From positions 3,267 to 67,266 of the forward strand of contig JBKHAN010000001.1 in NCBI GenBank assembly GCA_046542845.1: a stretch of DNA of 64,000 nucleotides. The letters are read 5' to 3'. The translations under genes and the position numbers were made by a program. The notes under the pieces are model-generated. The model saw only the letters and a program-made list of their open reading frames with translations, ran no database searches and was not told where the DNA came from. Origin of the DNA: Spirochaetaceae bacterium. Its GTDB lineage: Bacteria; Spirochaetota; Spirochaetia; DSM-27196; SKKC01. This document shows, piece by piece, positions 53,081 to 62,782 of the stretch; position 1 is the first letter of the stretch; every line of letters starts with the position of its first letter.

Positions 53081-56000
53081 GAGTACAGACGCTTCACTTC
53101 AAGAACCTGAACTCGCTCGCGGGCGAGTGGCTCATTGACCTTGACCACCAGGACTATCGTGCAGACGGTATCTTCGCGATAACAGGACCCACCGGTGCGG
53201 GTAAGTCGACCATACTCGACGCGCTGTGCCTCGCCCTCTACGGCCGTACACCTCGACTTTCGAAGATCTCCAAGAACACGAACGAAATAATGTCGCGGCA
53301 CACTGGCGAATGCTTTGCCGAAGTTACCTTTGCGACACAATCCGGCTCCTACCGTTGCCAGTGGAGTCAGCACCGGTCGCACAAGTCGCCGGAGGGAGAA
53401 CTCCAGCAGCCGCGGCATGAACTCTCGCACGCCGACTCGGGCACGATCATAGACGACACGATAAAGGGTGTTGCAGAACAGATCGCCCTCGTGACGGGAA
53501 TGGATTTCCATCGCTTCACCCGCTCTATGCTTCTCGCACAGGGAGGCTTTGCCGCCTTCCTTCAGGCGTCCCCCGACGAACGAGCGCCCATACTCGAGCA
53601 GATCACGGGAACAGAGATCTACTCGCGAATCTCGGTGCATGTCCACGAGCTCTGGAAACAGGAATCCGAGACGCTGTCGATGCTTCGTGCGGAGGTCGCC
53701 GGAATATCGGTGCTGAGCGAGGCCGACGAAGATACGCTCCGGGTTGAGCTTGAGGATGCACGTGCCCGTGAAACAGACCTCAACGCGTCGATTACTCACA
53801 TCCTGGAGCGCATGAACTGGCTCCGAAGAATCGATGAACTGCAGGACGAGATCCAGCACATCATCGATCAGGAAGCGCAGGTCCAGCTCCAGCTTGATGC
53901 CTTTGCGCCCGACCGCGAACGCCTGCGCGTTGCCGACGCTGCCGCGACCCTCGCCGGAGAGTACGCTGAACTTTCTGCGACGCGCAGGCAACAGACAGTC
54001 GACGAGGATGCCCTTGCGAAAGAACAGGCTTCAATCTCCGAACGCACCCGGGCAGCCGAACTCGCGCAGCACGCGTACGAAGAGGCTACAAATACTACAA
54101 CAGACGCCCGCGCAGAGCTTGAGGAAAAGCAGGCGCTTTTTGGCACGGTGCGCCGTATCGACCAGACACTCGGTGAACGGGAAAAAGATCTGCAGGCGCT
54201 GATCGAGCGGGCAGCGGCCGAAACCACACGCATCGAAGAGCTTGAAGCGCAGCTGAATGCGCTTCAGACCCAACAGGACGAGGCGAAGGCCGAACTGGCT
54301 CGGGCACAGGAGTATCTGAGTGCCAACGCGGCAGACGAGTGGCTCGTTGCAAACCGTGCGGGCGTAGACGAACAGCTTCACGCCTATGACGCCGCGAAGA
54401 CGCAGCTCGCTGAAACGAAGGCGCGTTTGCGGGAGCTCGGTGAGATGTGCGAGCAGAGTGCCGAACACCACCGCAACGGGGAGACGAAGCTGTCCGAAGC
54501 GCAGCGGGAACTGAATGAGCGTGCACGTGACGTTCAAACCGCAACCGACGAGCTGAATCAGCTGCTCGGTGACCGCATGCTTCGCGAACACCGCGCCGAA
54601 CACGAGGGCCTGCTTCGTGAGCAGGCCCTCGCCATGCGGATTCGCGACCTCGAGGAGGAGCGAAAAAGCCTCGAAGACGGAAAACCCTGCCCGCTGTGCG
54701 GCGCTACCGAACACCCCTACGCACACGATACCCCGCGGGTACCGAGCGATATCGAACAGCGGATCTCCGCGTGCGCGGAACGTATACAGGCGGCCGAGGA
54801 GCAGGAGGCAAAGCTACGGTCGCTGTCGGAAACCGAAGCAGCCGCGAAGCAGCACCTGCTCGAAGTCCGGACGGCAGTACATTCCGCGGCCCGCGAGGTT
54901 GAGCATGCCCGGGAACGCTTCGGCGAGTGCGAGGCGCGTATACACGATATCGGGAAAGACGTGTCGGCACGGGAAAAGCGGATCAAGGCCAGCCTTTCAA
55001 AGATCGGCGTCGACGGTCTGTCCGAGACGCCTGTAGAGGAACTCCGCGAAGCTCTGGCGCGGCGCCTTGACACATGGCAGGAAAAATCGCGTGCGCGAAG
55101 CAGCGCAGAGAACGCCTTCGCCGAGACCGAACGTCAGGTCCTCGAACGGCAAACGAAACGCGACCTGCAGACAGAGTCCTTACGAGAGTTGGAAGAGCGA
55201 ATAGCGTCGCTCACCCGGGAAACGGATTCGGCCCGCGAAGAGCGCCGGCGCATATTCGGTGACGCCGACCCGGACACCGAGGAAGCGCTCCTGAAGGCAG
55301 CGATCGTACGGGCGGAGAACGCGGAGAAGCTCGCCGCGGACCGTTTCAGGGACGCGCGGGATGCGGTACAGCACTCCAAATCGCGCGCGGAGGCGCTGTC
55401 GGACGCCATAGAGCGCCGCGCGGGTGAACTCGAAGAGCAGGAACGGACCTTCGCCACGGGACGTGCGGCCGCAGGGTTTCCGACCGAGAAAGCGTACACG
55501 AGTGCATGTCTGAGCACAACCGCTCGAGACGATCTCAGGAAAACGGCGCAACGTCTCGACACGCTGGTAACGCAGCTGTCAGCTACACGAGCCGACCGGG
55601 AAGGAAAACGTAATGAACTCCTGAAGCAAGCCCTGACCACCCGATCGCTTGAAGCGCTCACACAGGATCACCGGGAACAAAGCCAGGCGCTGAATGCGGT
55701 AAAAGACGAGATCGCGACAAAACGCCACGTACTCCGTGAAAATGAAGCTGCCCGGGGCCGCCTGCAGGACAAAGAGGGCGAAGTGCGAGCACAGGAAGCA
55801 GTCGTGGAACAGTGGGACGCCTTGCACACGCTCATTGGTTCGGCCGACGGGAAAAAATACCGGAACTTTGCGCAAGGTCTGACATTCGAGCTTGTTATTA
55901 CGCATGCGAACCGCCGGCTGCTCAAGCTCACCGACCGATATCTGCTCACCCGGGAAGCAGGCAACGAGCTGGAGCTCAGCGTCATTGATACGTACCAGGC

Positions 56001-56325
56001 CGGCGAAATCCGGTCTGCCAAAAACCTTTCCGGTGGCGAAAGCTTTCTCGTGAGTCTCGCACTCGCGCTTGGCCTTTCTCAGATGGCCGGAAAACACGTA
56101 CGCGTCGACAGCCTGTTTCTCGACGAAGGATTCGGTACCCTCGACGAAGAAGCGCTCGACACGGCGCTCGAAACGCTCTCCGGCTTGCAGCGCGACGGCA
56201 CGGTCATAGGCGTCATTTCACACGTCTCGGCGCTGAAGGAGCGCATACCGACCCAGATACAAGTCATCCCCGACAGCGGCGGGAAGAGCCGCGTATCGGG
56301 GCCAGGGTGTCGACGGGTATCGTAA
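53077..56325 (+). CDS. sbcC: exonuclease SbcCD, ATPase subunit C
   Basis: ATGA overlap with sbcD. Walker A GPTGAGKST, long coiled coil, zinc hook CPLCG, signature LSGGESF, Walker B LFLDEGFGTLD. Confidence 0.9.
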   Translation: MRVQTLHFKNLNSLAGEWLIDLDHQDYRADGIFAITGPTGAGKSTILDALCLALYGRTPRLSKISKNTNEIMSRHTGECFAEVTFATQSGSYRCQWSQHRSHKSPEGELQQPRHELSHADSGTIIDDTIKGVAEQIALVTGMDFHRFTRSMLLAQGGFAAFLQASPDERAPILEQITGTEIYSRISVHVHELWKQESETLSMLRAEVAGISVLSEADEDTLRVELEDARARETDLNASITHILERMNWLRRIDELQDEIQHIIDQEAQVQLQLDAFAPDRERLRVADAAATLAGEYAELSATRRQQTVDEDALAKEQASISERTRAAELAQHAYEEATNTTTDARAELEEKQALFGTVRRIDQTLGEREKDLQALIERAAAETTRIEELEAQLNALQTQQDEAKAELARAQEYLSANAADEWLVANRAGVDEQLHAYDAAKTQLAETKARLRELGEMCEQSAEHHRNGETKLSEAQRELNERARDVQTATDELNQLLGDRMLREHRAEHEGLLREQALAMRIRDLEEERKSLEDGKPCPLCGATEHPYAHDTPRVPSDIEQRISACAERIQAAEEQEAKLRSLSETEAAAKQHLLEVRTAVHSAAREVEHARERFGECEARIHDIGKDVSAREKRIKASLSKIGVDGLSETPVEELREALARRLDTWQEKSRARSSAENAFAETERQVLERQTKRDLQTESLRELEERIASLTRETDSAREERRRIFGDADPDTEEALLKAAIVRAENAEKLAADRFRDARDAVQHSKSRAEALSDAIERRAGELEEQERTFATGRAAAGFPTEKAYTSACLSTTARDDLRKTAQRLDTLVTQLSATRADREGKRNELLKQALTTRSLEALTQDHREQSQALNAVKDEIATKRHVLRENEAARGRLQDKEGEVRAQEAVVEQWDALHTLIGSADGKKYRNFAQGLTFELVITHANRRLLKLTDRYLLTREAGNELELSVIDTYQAGEIRSAKNLSGGESFLVSLALALGLSQMAGKHVRVDSLFLDEGFGTLDEEALDTALETLSGLQRDGTVIGVISHVSALKERIPTQIQVIPDSGGKSRVSGPGCRRVS

Positions 56326-56338
56326 ACCGACAGCGAGC

Positions 56339-56557
56339 TTACACGAACAGTCCTGCAACGCTCACCATGGCGACCATGTAGATGAACGCGGCGATAATCG
56401 CGTATTTCTTTGCCGCAAGTTTTGCCTGCTTTTTTGCAGCCGCCTCGTCCACACCCTTTTTTTTCAGACGCGAGAGGCCTATGGGATACCAGCCGAAGCC
56501 GACGATAACCATGACACCCAATACGAACAGGAATCGAACAAATGAACTTCCAAGCAT
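56339..56557 (-). CDS. small 2-TM membrane protein with a Lys-rich loop
   Basis: 72 aa, two hydrophobic helices flanking KKKGVDEAAAKKQAKLAAKK. It lies 36 nt downstream of the rnfD-like gene. Confidence 0.4.
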   Translation of the reverse strand: MLGSSFVRFLFVLGVMVIVGFGWYPIGLSRLKKKGVDEAAAKKQAKLAAKKYAIIAAFIYMVAMVSVAGLFV

Positions 56558-56593
56558 GCGTACACCTCCAGATAAACCGTGCTCGACAAAGAT

Positions 56594-57469
56594 CTATTTC
56601 TTCGGAGCCGGCTTGAATTTTCTGTTCAGGACCGGTGTGAAAAGATTCATGGTCAGAACCGCAAAGGTCGTGCCTTCGGTAAACTCATACACTCCGGGCG
56701 TCTGCCATCCCCACCATCGCATTCCCATAATTATGAGTCCGATGCCGATTCCGAAAACAATCTGTCCTTTCGGGAAACGAGGAGACGTCATTGGATCGGT
56801 TGCCATGAAGCATGCACCCAGCACCAGACTGCCGGCGAAGAAATAGAACAGCGGATTATGTCCGGCGATAAGCGCAAGCACCAGAACAACGGAAAACGCA
56901 GCCGCCGGTATGCGCCATCGGACGAACTTCCTGTATACCAGATATGAAAACCCGATCAGCAGCAGAAGGCTCGAGATTTCGCCGATTGTTCCTGGAATGC
57001 GCCCGAGAAACATGTCAAGAATCGGGACACCTGCTGCCTCGCCGGTCTCGCGAAGGATCTCAAGCGGTGTCGCGGTAGTCGTCAGGTCGAAAGGTCTTCT
57101 CCAGGGAAGAATGCTGTCCGGAAACACATACAGATAAAAGAGCCGGCCGAACATTGCAGGATTGAACAGATTTTTACCGACACCACCTAACAGCTGCTTA
57201 CCGGCGATAATCCCGAAGGCAGCCGATGCGGACACCGCATACCACGGGGTGGAAACAGACACCGCCATGCCAAGCAGAAGTCCGGTAACTGCTGCGCTCC
57301 CATCTTTCACGGTAATTTTCTGTTTCGTCAGTGCCTGAAATAACGCCTCTGCTGCGACCGCTGAAACAACACTCGCCAGGATGTTGATTAACGCCGCTGT
57401 ACCAAACGCATATACGCCCCAGACCGCCGCGGGTAAGAGCGCCGTGAGCATTCCATACATCATTTTCAT
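56594..57469 (-). CDS. RnfD/NqrB-family membrane protein (orphan)
   Basis: Alignable by eye to E. coli RsxD: SAAVTGLLLGMAVS, IAGKQLLGGVGKNLFNPAMFGR, TTTATPLE at the flavinylated-Thr position, ATDPMTSP. Start MKMMYG at 57469. Confidence 0.75.
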   Translation of the reverse strand: MKMMYGMLTALLPAAVWGVYAFGTAALINILASVVSAVAAEALFQALTKQKITVKDGSAAVTGLLLGMAVSVSTPWYAVSASAAFGIIAGKQLLGGVGKNLFNPAMFGRLFYLYVFPDSILPWRRPFDLTTTATPLEILRETGEAAGVPILDMFLGRIPGTIGEISSLLLLIGFSYLVYRKFVRWRIPAAAFSVVLVLALIAGHNPLFYFFAGSLVLGACFMATDPMTSPRFPKGQIVFGIGIGLIIMGMRWWGWQTPGVYEFTEGTTFAVLTMNLFTPVLNRKFKPAPKK

Positions 57470-57667
57470 GCTGAAAACCCCCCGTATCTGACTCTCAGGA
57501 TTCGGAATGTGAACAGTATAGGGGCGGGTGCTCCTGCAGTACAGAATAGAAACCGTTATCGATAGGTATTTTTTTAGACCCGATCCGTACAACGCGACGG
57601 GGTGAGGTCCGGGCCTCACGCCGGTATCGGGACAGCCTCCGGAAGCAGGCTGTGCGCCAGGCCGCCG

Positions 57668-58252
57668 TTAGGATCGAATGCTGTCGAGAAACGCCTCATG
57701 CATCCTGAGGTCACCGGTGAGTTCGGGATGAAAGGTAGCTGCCCATATCGCACCATGACGGACGAATACCGGCTCGTCTCCGAGGGTAGCTTCTACAACC
57801 ACTGCCTCGGAATCGAGCGATACGATGCGCGGGGCACGAATGAACACACCCGTCAGCGGTGGCGAGAGCTCACGGAAGTCGGGTCCAGAGAGCGTGACCT
57901 CCCGTTCAAAACTCTCCCGCTGTCGCCCGTATGCGTTTCGCTCCACAGTAATGTCGAGCACACCGATACGCGGTTGATCGCTGCCGGATATCGTCTTCGC
58001 AAGCAGTATCGCGCCGGCGCACGTGCCGAATACCGGCATACCGTGGTCTACCCTCTCGCGGATCGCCGCCAGTAGCCCGAATCGTTCGCAGAGCATGCCG
58101 ATTGTCGTACTTTCCCCCCCGGGTATTACGAGGCCGTCGACCTTCGAAAGATCCTCGGGCGTCCGGACACCCGGGGCGGCAACCCCGAGCGTTTCAAGCG
58201 CGGCGATGTGCCGCGCAAAATCACCCTGAAACGAGAGAACACCAATGATCAT
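57668..58252 (-). CDS. pdxT: pyridoxal 5'-phosphate synthase glutaminase subunit PdxT
   Basis: MIIGVLSFQGDF, LVIPGGESTT, GTCAG, FHPE. Confidence 0.9.
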   Translation of the reverse strand: MIIGVLSFQGDFARHIAALETLGVAAPGVRTPEDLSKVDGLVIPGGESTTIGMLCERFGLLAAIRERVDHGMPVFGTCAGAILLAKTISGSDQPRIGVLDITVERNAYGRQRESFEREVTLSGPDFRELSPPLTGVFIRAPRIVSLDSEAVVVEATLGDEPVFVRHGAIWAATFHPELTGDLRMHEAFLDSIRS

Positions 58253-58263
58253 TGGACCAGTAT

Positions 58264-59169
58264 TTACCAGCCGCGAACCGCGAGCTTGTCGTGTTCGGGC
58301 ATGGCCGCGGCGCTTATACCGCTCATGGCTTCGCCGAGATTTTCGCTGATTTTTGCCAGTTTGTCAGGATCGTTGTAGAATGCCACCGCATCCACAATTG
58401 CGCGTGCACGCCGGGCGGGATCACCGCTCTTGAAGATACCGCTTCCGACAAATACGGCTTCGGCACCAAGCTGCATCATGTACGCCGCGTCTGCAGGAGT
58501 CGCTACACCGCCGGCGGAAAAGTTTGGTACCGGAAGCGAGCGGCGCTCGGCTACTTCGAGCACCAGATCGTAGGGGGCGCCCAGATCGCGCGCCACGGTC
58601 ATGAGCTCCTCGCGGGGAAGCACTGAAATGCGACGAATCTCGTCGGTGACGGTGCGCAAGTGACGCACGGCTTCCACGACGTCGCCCGTGCCTGCCTCGC
58701 CTTTGGTGCGGATCATCGCGGCACCTTCGCCGATGCGCCGAAGCGCCTCGCCGAGATTGCGGCACCCGCAGACAAAGGGGATCTTGAAGGGATGCTTATC
58801 TATGTGATACTGGTCGTCGGCCGGCGTCAGGACCTCGCTCTCGTCGATAAAATCGACCCCGATAGCTTCGAGAATCTGGGCCTCGACAAAGTGGCCGATG
58901 CGTGCTTTCGCCATGACCGGGATGGACACGACTTCCTGTATCTCGCGTATCATTTTCGGGTCGCTCATACGTGCAACGCCACCCTGTGCACGGATGTCGG
59001 CGGGTACGCGCTCGAGCGCCATAACCGCTTGTGCGCCTGCGTCCGCGGCGATTTTCGCCTGCTCCGTGTTTGCCACGTCCATGATTACGCCGCCCTTGAG
59101 CATCTCTGCCAGGCCGACCTTCGTTCGCCAATCGTTACTCTGTCGTTGTGACCACATTATTTCGCTCAT
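58264..59169 (-). CDS. pdxS: pyridoxal 5'-phosphate synthase lyase subunit PdxS
   Basis: [42 protein letters not shown]. Confidence 0.95.
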   Translation of the reverse strand: MSEIMWSQRQSNDWRTKVGLAEMLKGGVIMDVANTEQAKIAADAGAQAVMALERVPADIRAQGGVARMSDPKMIREIQEVVSIPVMAKARIGHFVEAQILEAIGVDFIDESEVLTPADDQYHIDKHPFKIPFVCGCRNLGEALRRIGEGAAMIRTKGEAGTGDVVEAVRHLRTVTDEIRRISVLPREELMTVARDLGAPYDLVLEVAERRSLPVPNFSAGGVATPADAAYMMQLGAEAVFVGSGIFKSGDPARRARAIVDAVAFYNDPDKLAKISENLGEAMSGISAAAMPEHDKLAVRGW

Positions 59170-59225
59170 TGTGAATGTAAGCTATGCAACCCGGCAGTGC
59201 TTTGTCAATCAAAATCGAACCCTGC

Positions 59226-59768
59226 TTACTGCCCGACCGGCCAGTTTCGCGCGTCTGCATACACCGATGAACGCATATCCATAACACGCTGATCGATCGT
59301 GTCAGACGTTGCAACGCGGTCCTGTATCCGGGAGTTCTCCCGACCGTAGAGAACAGCGGCCGCGAGCCTCGTGAGCGGTGATCCAAAGCGTCGCATGTAG
59401 TCGACAACAGCCTGATCTGCCGTTACCGTGGGGTCGTTGGTCTTCAGAAAAAACCAGTGATCGGAAATCCGCATATGCAGCGTATCCCGGTCGGTTCTCG
59501 GAAAGAAAAAACCGGTATTATACTGACGCATCGCGTCGAAAATCGGACCGAACACGTTCAACTTCCACGAGCTGGCGCCTTCATCCGACGACACCGGCCG
59601 TCCGGTATCCTGACCCAGGAAAAAACGGTGCACCTGTACGTGCTCCTGTGCGGTCGCCCAGGCTTCTTCATGCGAAAAGTCGACACCCTGCCTGCGCAGT
59701 CCAGTGATCATCGCTTCGTCGCGGGGCGCGTGGTGTGTCTGTGTATTTTCTTGTATGTGTGTGCTCAT
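59226..59768 (-). CDS. hypothetical protein with two tandem H-[RW]-[FW]-FL helix motifs (possibly DUF4032-like)
   Basis: VQVHRFFLGQDTGRPVS and ISDHWFFLKTNDPTVT resemble the EHxWYLSE repeat of DUF4032. The ATG at 59768 is preferred over the track start at 59897. Confidence 0.3.
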   Translation of the reverse strand: MSTHIQENTQTHHAPRDEAMITGLRRQGVDFSHEEAWATAQEHVQVHRFFLGQDTGRPVSSDEGASSWKLNVFGPIFDAMRQYNTGFFFPRTDRDTLHMRISDHWFFLKTNDPTVTADQAVVDYMRRFGSPLTRLAAAVLYGRENSRIQDRVATSDTIDQRVMDMRSSVYADARNWPVGQ

Positions 59769-59891
59769 ACGGGAAATATACTCCTTCGATAAAGAAAATA
59801 AAATTTTTTCTTGACAATTCGGCTGTTTACCCCATCTATTTACGAAATACCGGACCGCACAGCGCTGGAAACCCAGTATATACTGCAGATC

Positions 59892-61169
59892 ATGCACCCT
59901 TCGGCACGCACCGCAATAAGCCGGGACGGTTTCTCACGCTCTGTACGGCACCTGCTCGATCGGGAGCTTCTGACACGGGATCGGACCTTCTTTGACTACG
60001 GCTGCGGCCGCGGCGACGACGTTGCAGGGCTTACCGCGCTCGGGTTTGAGGCGGCAGGCTGGGACCCGAATCACCGGCCGCACGTCGACCGATCCGAGGC
60101 GGACATCGTGAACCTGGGGTACGTTCTGAACGTCATCGATAACCCGACGGACCGTACTCGTGCTCTGCGCGACGCGTGGAAGCTCACCCGCGGCGTGCTT
60201 GCCGTACGCGTGCTCAGTAGCGCTGACCGCACCGCGGAGACGCTTACACCCTGGAGCGACGGCTACCGTACAAGCAGGGGGACGTTTCAGAAGTATTTCG
60301 AGGATGATGAACTACCCGCCTTCGTCGACCGCACCCTTGGCGTGCAGTGTGTACCCGTCGATCCCGCGCATGTTCTGGTGTTTCGCGACGCGCAGCTGGA
60401 ACAGACCTACCTCGCATACTCGCCCGACACCGGACCCGATCTGCTTAGCAGGAGCCTTGAGCACCCCGAACGCGTAATAAAGCGCCGCGCCGAGTTCGAG
60501 CGCGTCCGCACCGAGACACCCGACGCCGCGGCGGCTGTCGGCCGGCATCTTCTGCGCTACGGCACGGTACCGACGGAGTCGGATGTACCGGATGTTGCGA
60601 CTCTCGTCGGACACGGCCTGCGCGTTCGCGAGTTCTGCTCCGCGCTTATCGAGACCATCGGTGAGGAAGCCTGGGAAGCACAGCTTGCACGCATTCGCGC
60701 TCGCACGCTCAAGTCGATTGCACTTGCACATTTCAGACGCCGCCCCAAAGCCTCTGATTTTGCCCCTTCGACACAGCGAGCGATCCGCGTACACTTCGGA
60801 TCCTTTCGTGAGGCGGTGGAACTGTCACTGCGCGAACTTCATGCGGTGGGACAAGCGGATCGCGTTGAGCAGGCGTGTGAGCACTACGGAGGTGGCCTTC
60901 TTGACGAACAGGCGCTCTACGTCACCCAGGAAGACCGCCCCCACCTTCCCCTCATCCTGCAGCTCTATATAGAACTCGGTCGCCTGTTTTACGGCGAGCT
61001 CGACGACGTGGATATGTTCAAGATTCACAAGCGGTCCGGCAAGCTGACGCTACTGTTCTATGAAAGCTTCGAGACTTGGGGGCCCGAGAAACTGCAGCAG
61101 AGGGTCAAGATCGATTTCAGGGCGAGAAGAATGCGGGTGTTCGACCATCGTTCGGACGAGATCGGGTAA
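59892..61169 (+). CDS. DNA phosphorothioation-associated putative methyltransferase family (TIGR04096-like)
   Basis: RTAISRDGFSRSVRHLLDRELL...FFDYGCGRGDDVAGLTALGFEAAGWDPNHRP...ADIVNLGYVLNVIDNP and C-terminal KIHKRSGKLTLLFYESF match my recollection of this family. The track start at 59811 is the TTG of a TTGACA hexamer. Confidence 0.55.
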   Translation: MHPSARTAISRDGFSRSVRHLLDRELLTRDRTFFDYGCGRGDDVAGLTALGFEAAGWDPNHRPHVDRSEADIVNLGYVLNVIDNPTDRTRALRDAWKLTRGVLAVRVLSSADRTAETLTPWSDGYRTSRGTFQKYFEDDELPAFVDRTLGVQCVPVDPAHVLVFRDAQLEQTYLAYSPDTGPDLLSRSLEHPERVIKRRAEFERVRTETPDAAAAVGRHLLRYGTVPTESDVPDVATLVGHGLRVREFCSALIETIGEEAWEAQLARIRARTLKSIALAHFRRRPKASDFAPSTQRAIRVHFGSFREAVELSLRELHAVGQADRVEQACEHYGGGLLDEQALYVTQEDRPHLPLILQLYIELGRLFYGELDDVDMFKIHKRSGKLTLLFYESFETWGPEKLQQRVKIDFRARRMRVFDHRSDEIG

Positions 61170-61314
61170 TACGGCACGGCTACCGTTGTCAAGACTCGTG
61201 TCGTTTAGGGGACATGTCGGGTTTCATCGTCGCATATACCTGTATCGCTGACTGAAGTAAATCTTTAGTATATCAAGGGCATGGGACGCAAACGCGAACG
61301 ACGAGTTATCGCTC

Positions 61315-61860
61315 TCATGGCTGCACGTGCCGACTCCGGATATCCCGCTCTCCGGACTCGGCACCTGCATTCGACTGGATCACGTCTCGGGCGAGTTCCA
61401 CCATGTCGTGCACTGGTTCCTTCATACCGTTTTCGAGCCACATCAGTGCCATCGCATCGAGCCCGGCGAACACAAACGCTCGCCGATAGAGCGCGCCGGC
61501 ATCACTCGCTTCGGGAAGAATCTCAGGCGATCGGCGCCAGCGGTAATCCCTGAAAATCTCACGTGCTTCAGGGTCTGACAGGAGGAGGCGCAGCGTGGGA
61601 TGCTCCTGCAGTATTTCAAAACGCCTGCGCAGACTCGACGTCAAATCAACTGCACTCATGCCGACTGAAAGTCGTTCAAGCAGAGAAATCAGTACATCGC
61701 GCTTGTTCCTGAAGTGCCGGTAGAAGGTCATGCGCGAAACCCCGGCGGCTTTTGCGATCTGTGTGTTGGAAACCTGGCTGTATGTCGCGTGATTCGCCGA
61801 CACGAGAAGACCCTGTTCGATGCGTTCGCGACTATCCTGAACTTGTGCCTGCCGCTTCAC
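61315..61860 (-). CDS. TetR/AcrR family transcriptional regulator
   Basis: HTH TQIAKAAGVSRMTFYRHFRNKRDVL. Confidence 0.85.
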   Translation of the reverse strand: MKRQAQVQDSRERIEQGLLVSANHATYSQVSNTQIAKAAGVSRMTFYRHFRNKRDVLISLLERLSVGMSAVDLTSSLRRRFEILQEHPTLRLLLSDPEAREIFRDYRWRRSPEILPEASDAGALYRRAFVFAGLDAMALMWLENGMKEPVHDMVELARDVIQSNAGAESGERDIRSRHVQP

Positions 61861-61936
61861 GATACAATCTCCGGCTATACTGTCTCAGTTTACCGCTATA
61901 GCTTGTCTTCCGACAGCCACGGGCCTATGGTAACAC

Positions 61937-61965
61937 GATAAACGTTACAATCGTAACAGTTTATC
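61937..61965. promoter_or_regulatory. near-perfect palindrome, candidate TetR operator
   Basis: GATAAACGTTAC-aatc-GTAACaGTTTATC, with one extra base in the right arm. It ends 16 nt before the ATG at 61981. Confidence 0.5.
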
Positions 61966-61980
61966 CGCAAGGAGATTATC

Positions 61981-62397
61981 ATGGACAAGTCAACACAAGA
62001 GCGAGCTATTGGCGTATCGAGAAACGTGCTTTTCGTTCTGGCGGGGGTGGACCTTATACGCGGAATTGCGCACACCTTCCTCCTGAACTGGGCGGCAATG
62101 AATGTTGCCCGCATTGAGCCACACCCGGATGCGCTCATGTTACGTGGAGTCTTCGGGAACTCGAATTTTTTGACCGCGGGTGTATTTCTACTTGTGGCGT
62201 GGAAGGCAAAAGAGCTCGCAGGCTACGTGCTCGGAATCATTCCGCTGGCGTATTTCGTTGGCATCACAGGCATCCGGCTTAACGGTGTGTCCATGCAATC
62301 AGAGTTCAACGGTCAATACATGATGATGATCTACTTCGCAGTCTGCGTCGTCACGTTTCTGTACTTTATTCGAACACAACGCGTCGGCCGAAGCTGA
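61981..62397 (+). CDS. small 4-TM membrane protein, hypothetical
   Basis: GGAG SD. Divergent from the TetR gene. 138 aa with four hydrophobic helices. Confidence 0.55.
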   Translation: MDKSTQERAIGVSRNVLFVLAGVDLIRGIAHTFLLNWAAMNVARIEPHPDALMLRGVFGNSNFLTAGVFLLVAWKAKELAGYVLGIIPLAYFVGITGIRLNGVSMQSEFNGQYMMMIYFAVCVVTFLYFIRTQRVGRS

Positions 62398-62782
62398 GGT
62401 CAGCAAGGCGGCGGTACGGGGCTACCCATATCCCCGCGAAGGCATCAGTCGAGGACTGATAAAGCGCCCGAACATGTCCGCCTGATCTGCGACAAACTCG
62501 ATAGTCGGCTCGTTCTCGATGGAGTCACATGTATCTTCGTTACGCCGCGTTCCGGCTCTTGACTGGCAGTTGGTAATACACGCGGTATTCACCGTAGAAC
62601 CGAGCGCCAGTCCCATAAGCGCCATGAGCAGCGCCGGTAGACAGACCCCAGGGAAGGCAGCGCCCGGCGACTTCTGTGTGTCGGCGCCTTCGCGTTTTCG
62701 GTTTTTCACGGTGTGTCGGTCATTGGGGTGATTACTGCGGCAACATTCGCCTGACCTGGATCGGCGGCCATATATTGCACGC

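Noticed and set aside
51830-56325. SbcD/SbcC pair as a possible novel SMC-type defence system (Wadjet, Lamassu or Gabija-like)
   Set aside because: The pair has a canonical two-gene sbcDC architecture with an ATGA overlap, Mre11-type phosphoesterase motifs, a CPLCG zinc hook and typical sizes. There are no accessory genes, so it is a housekeeping hairpin nuclease.
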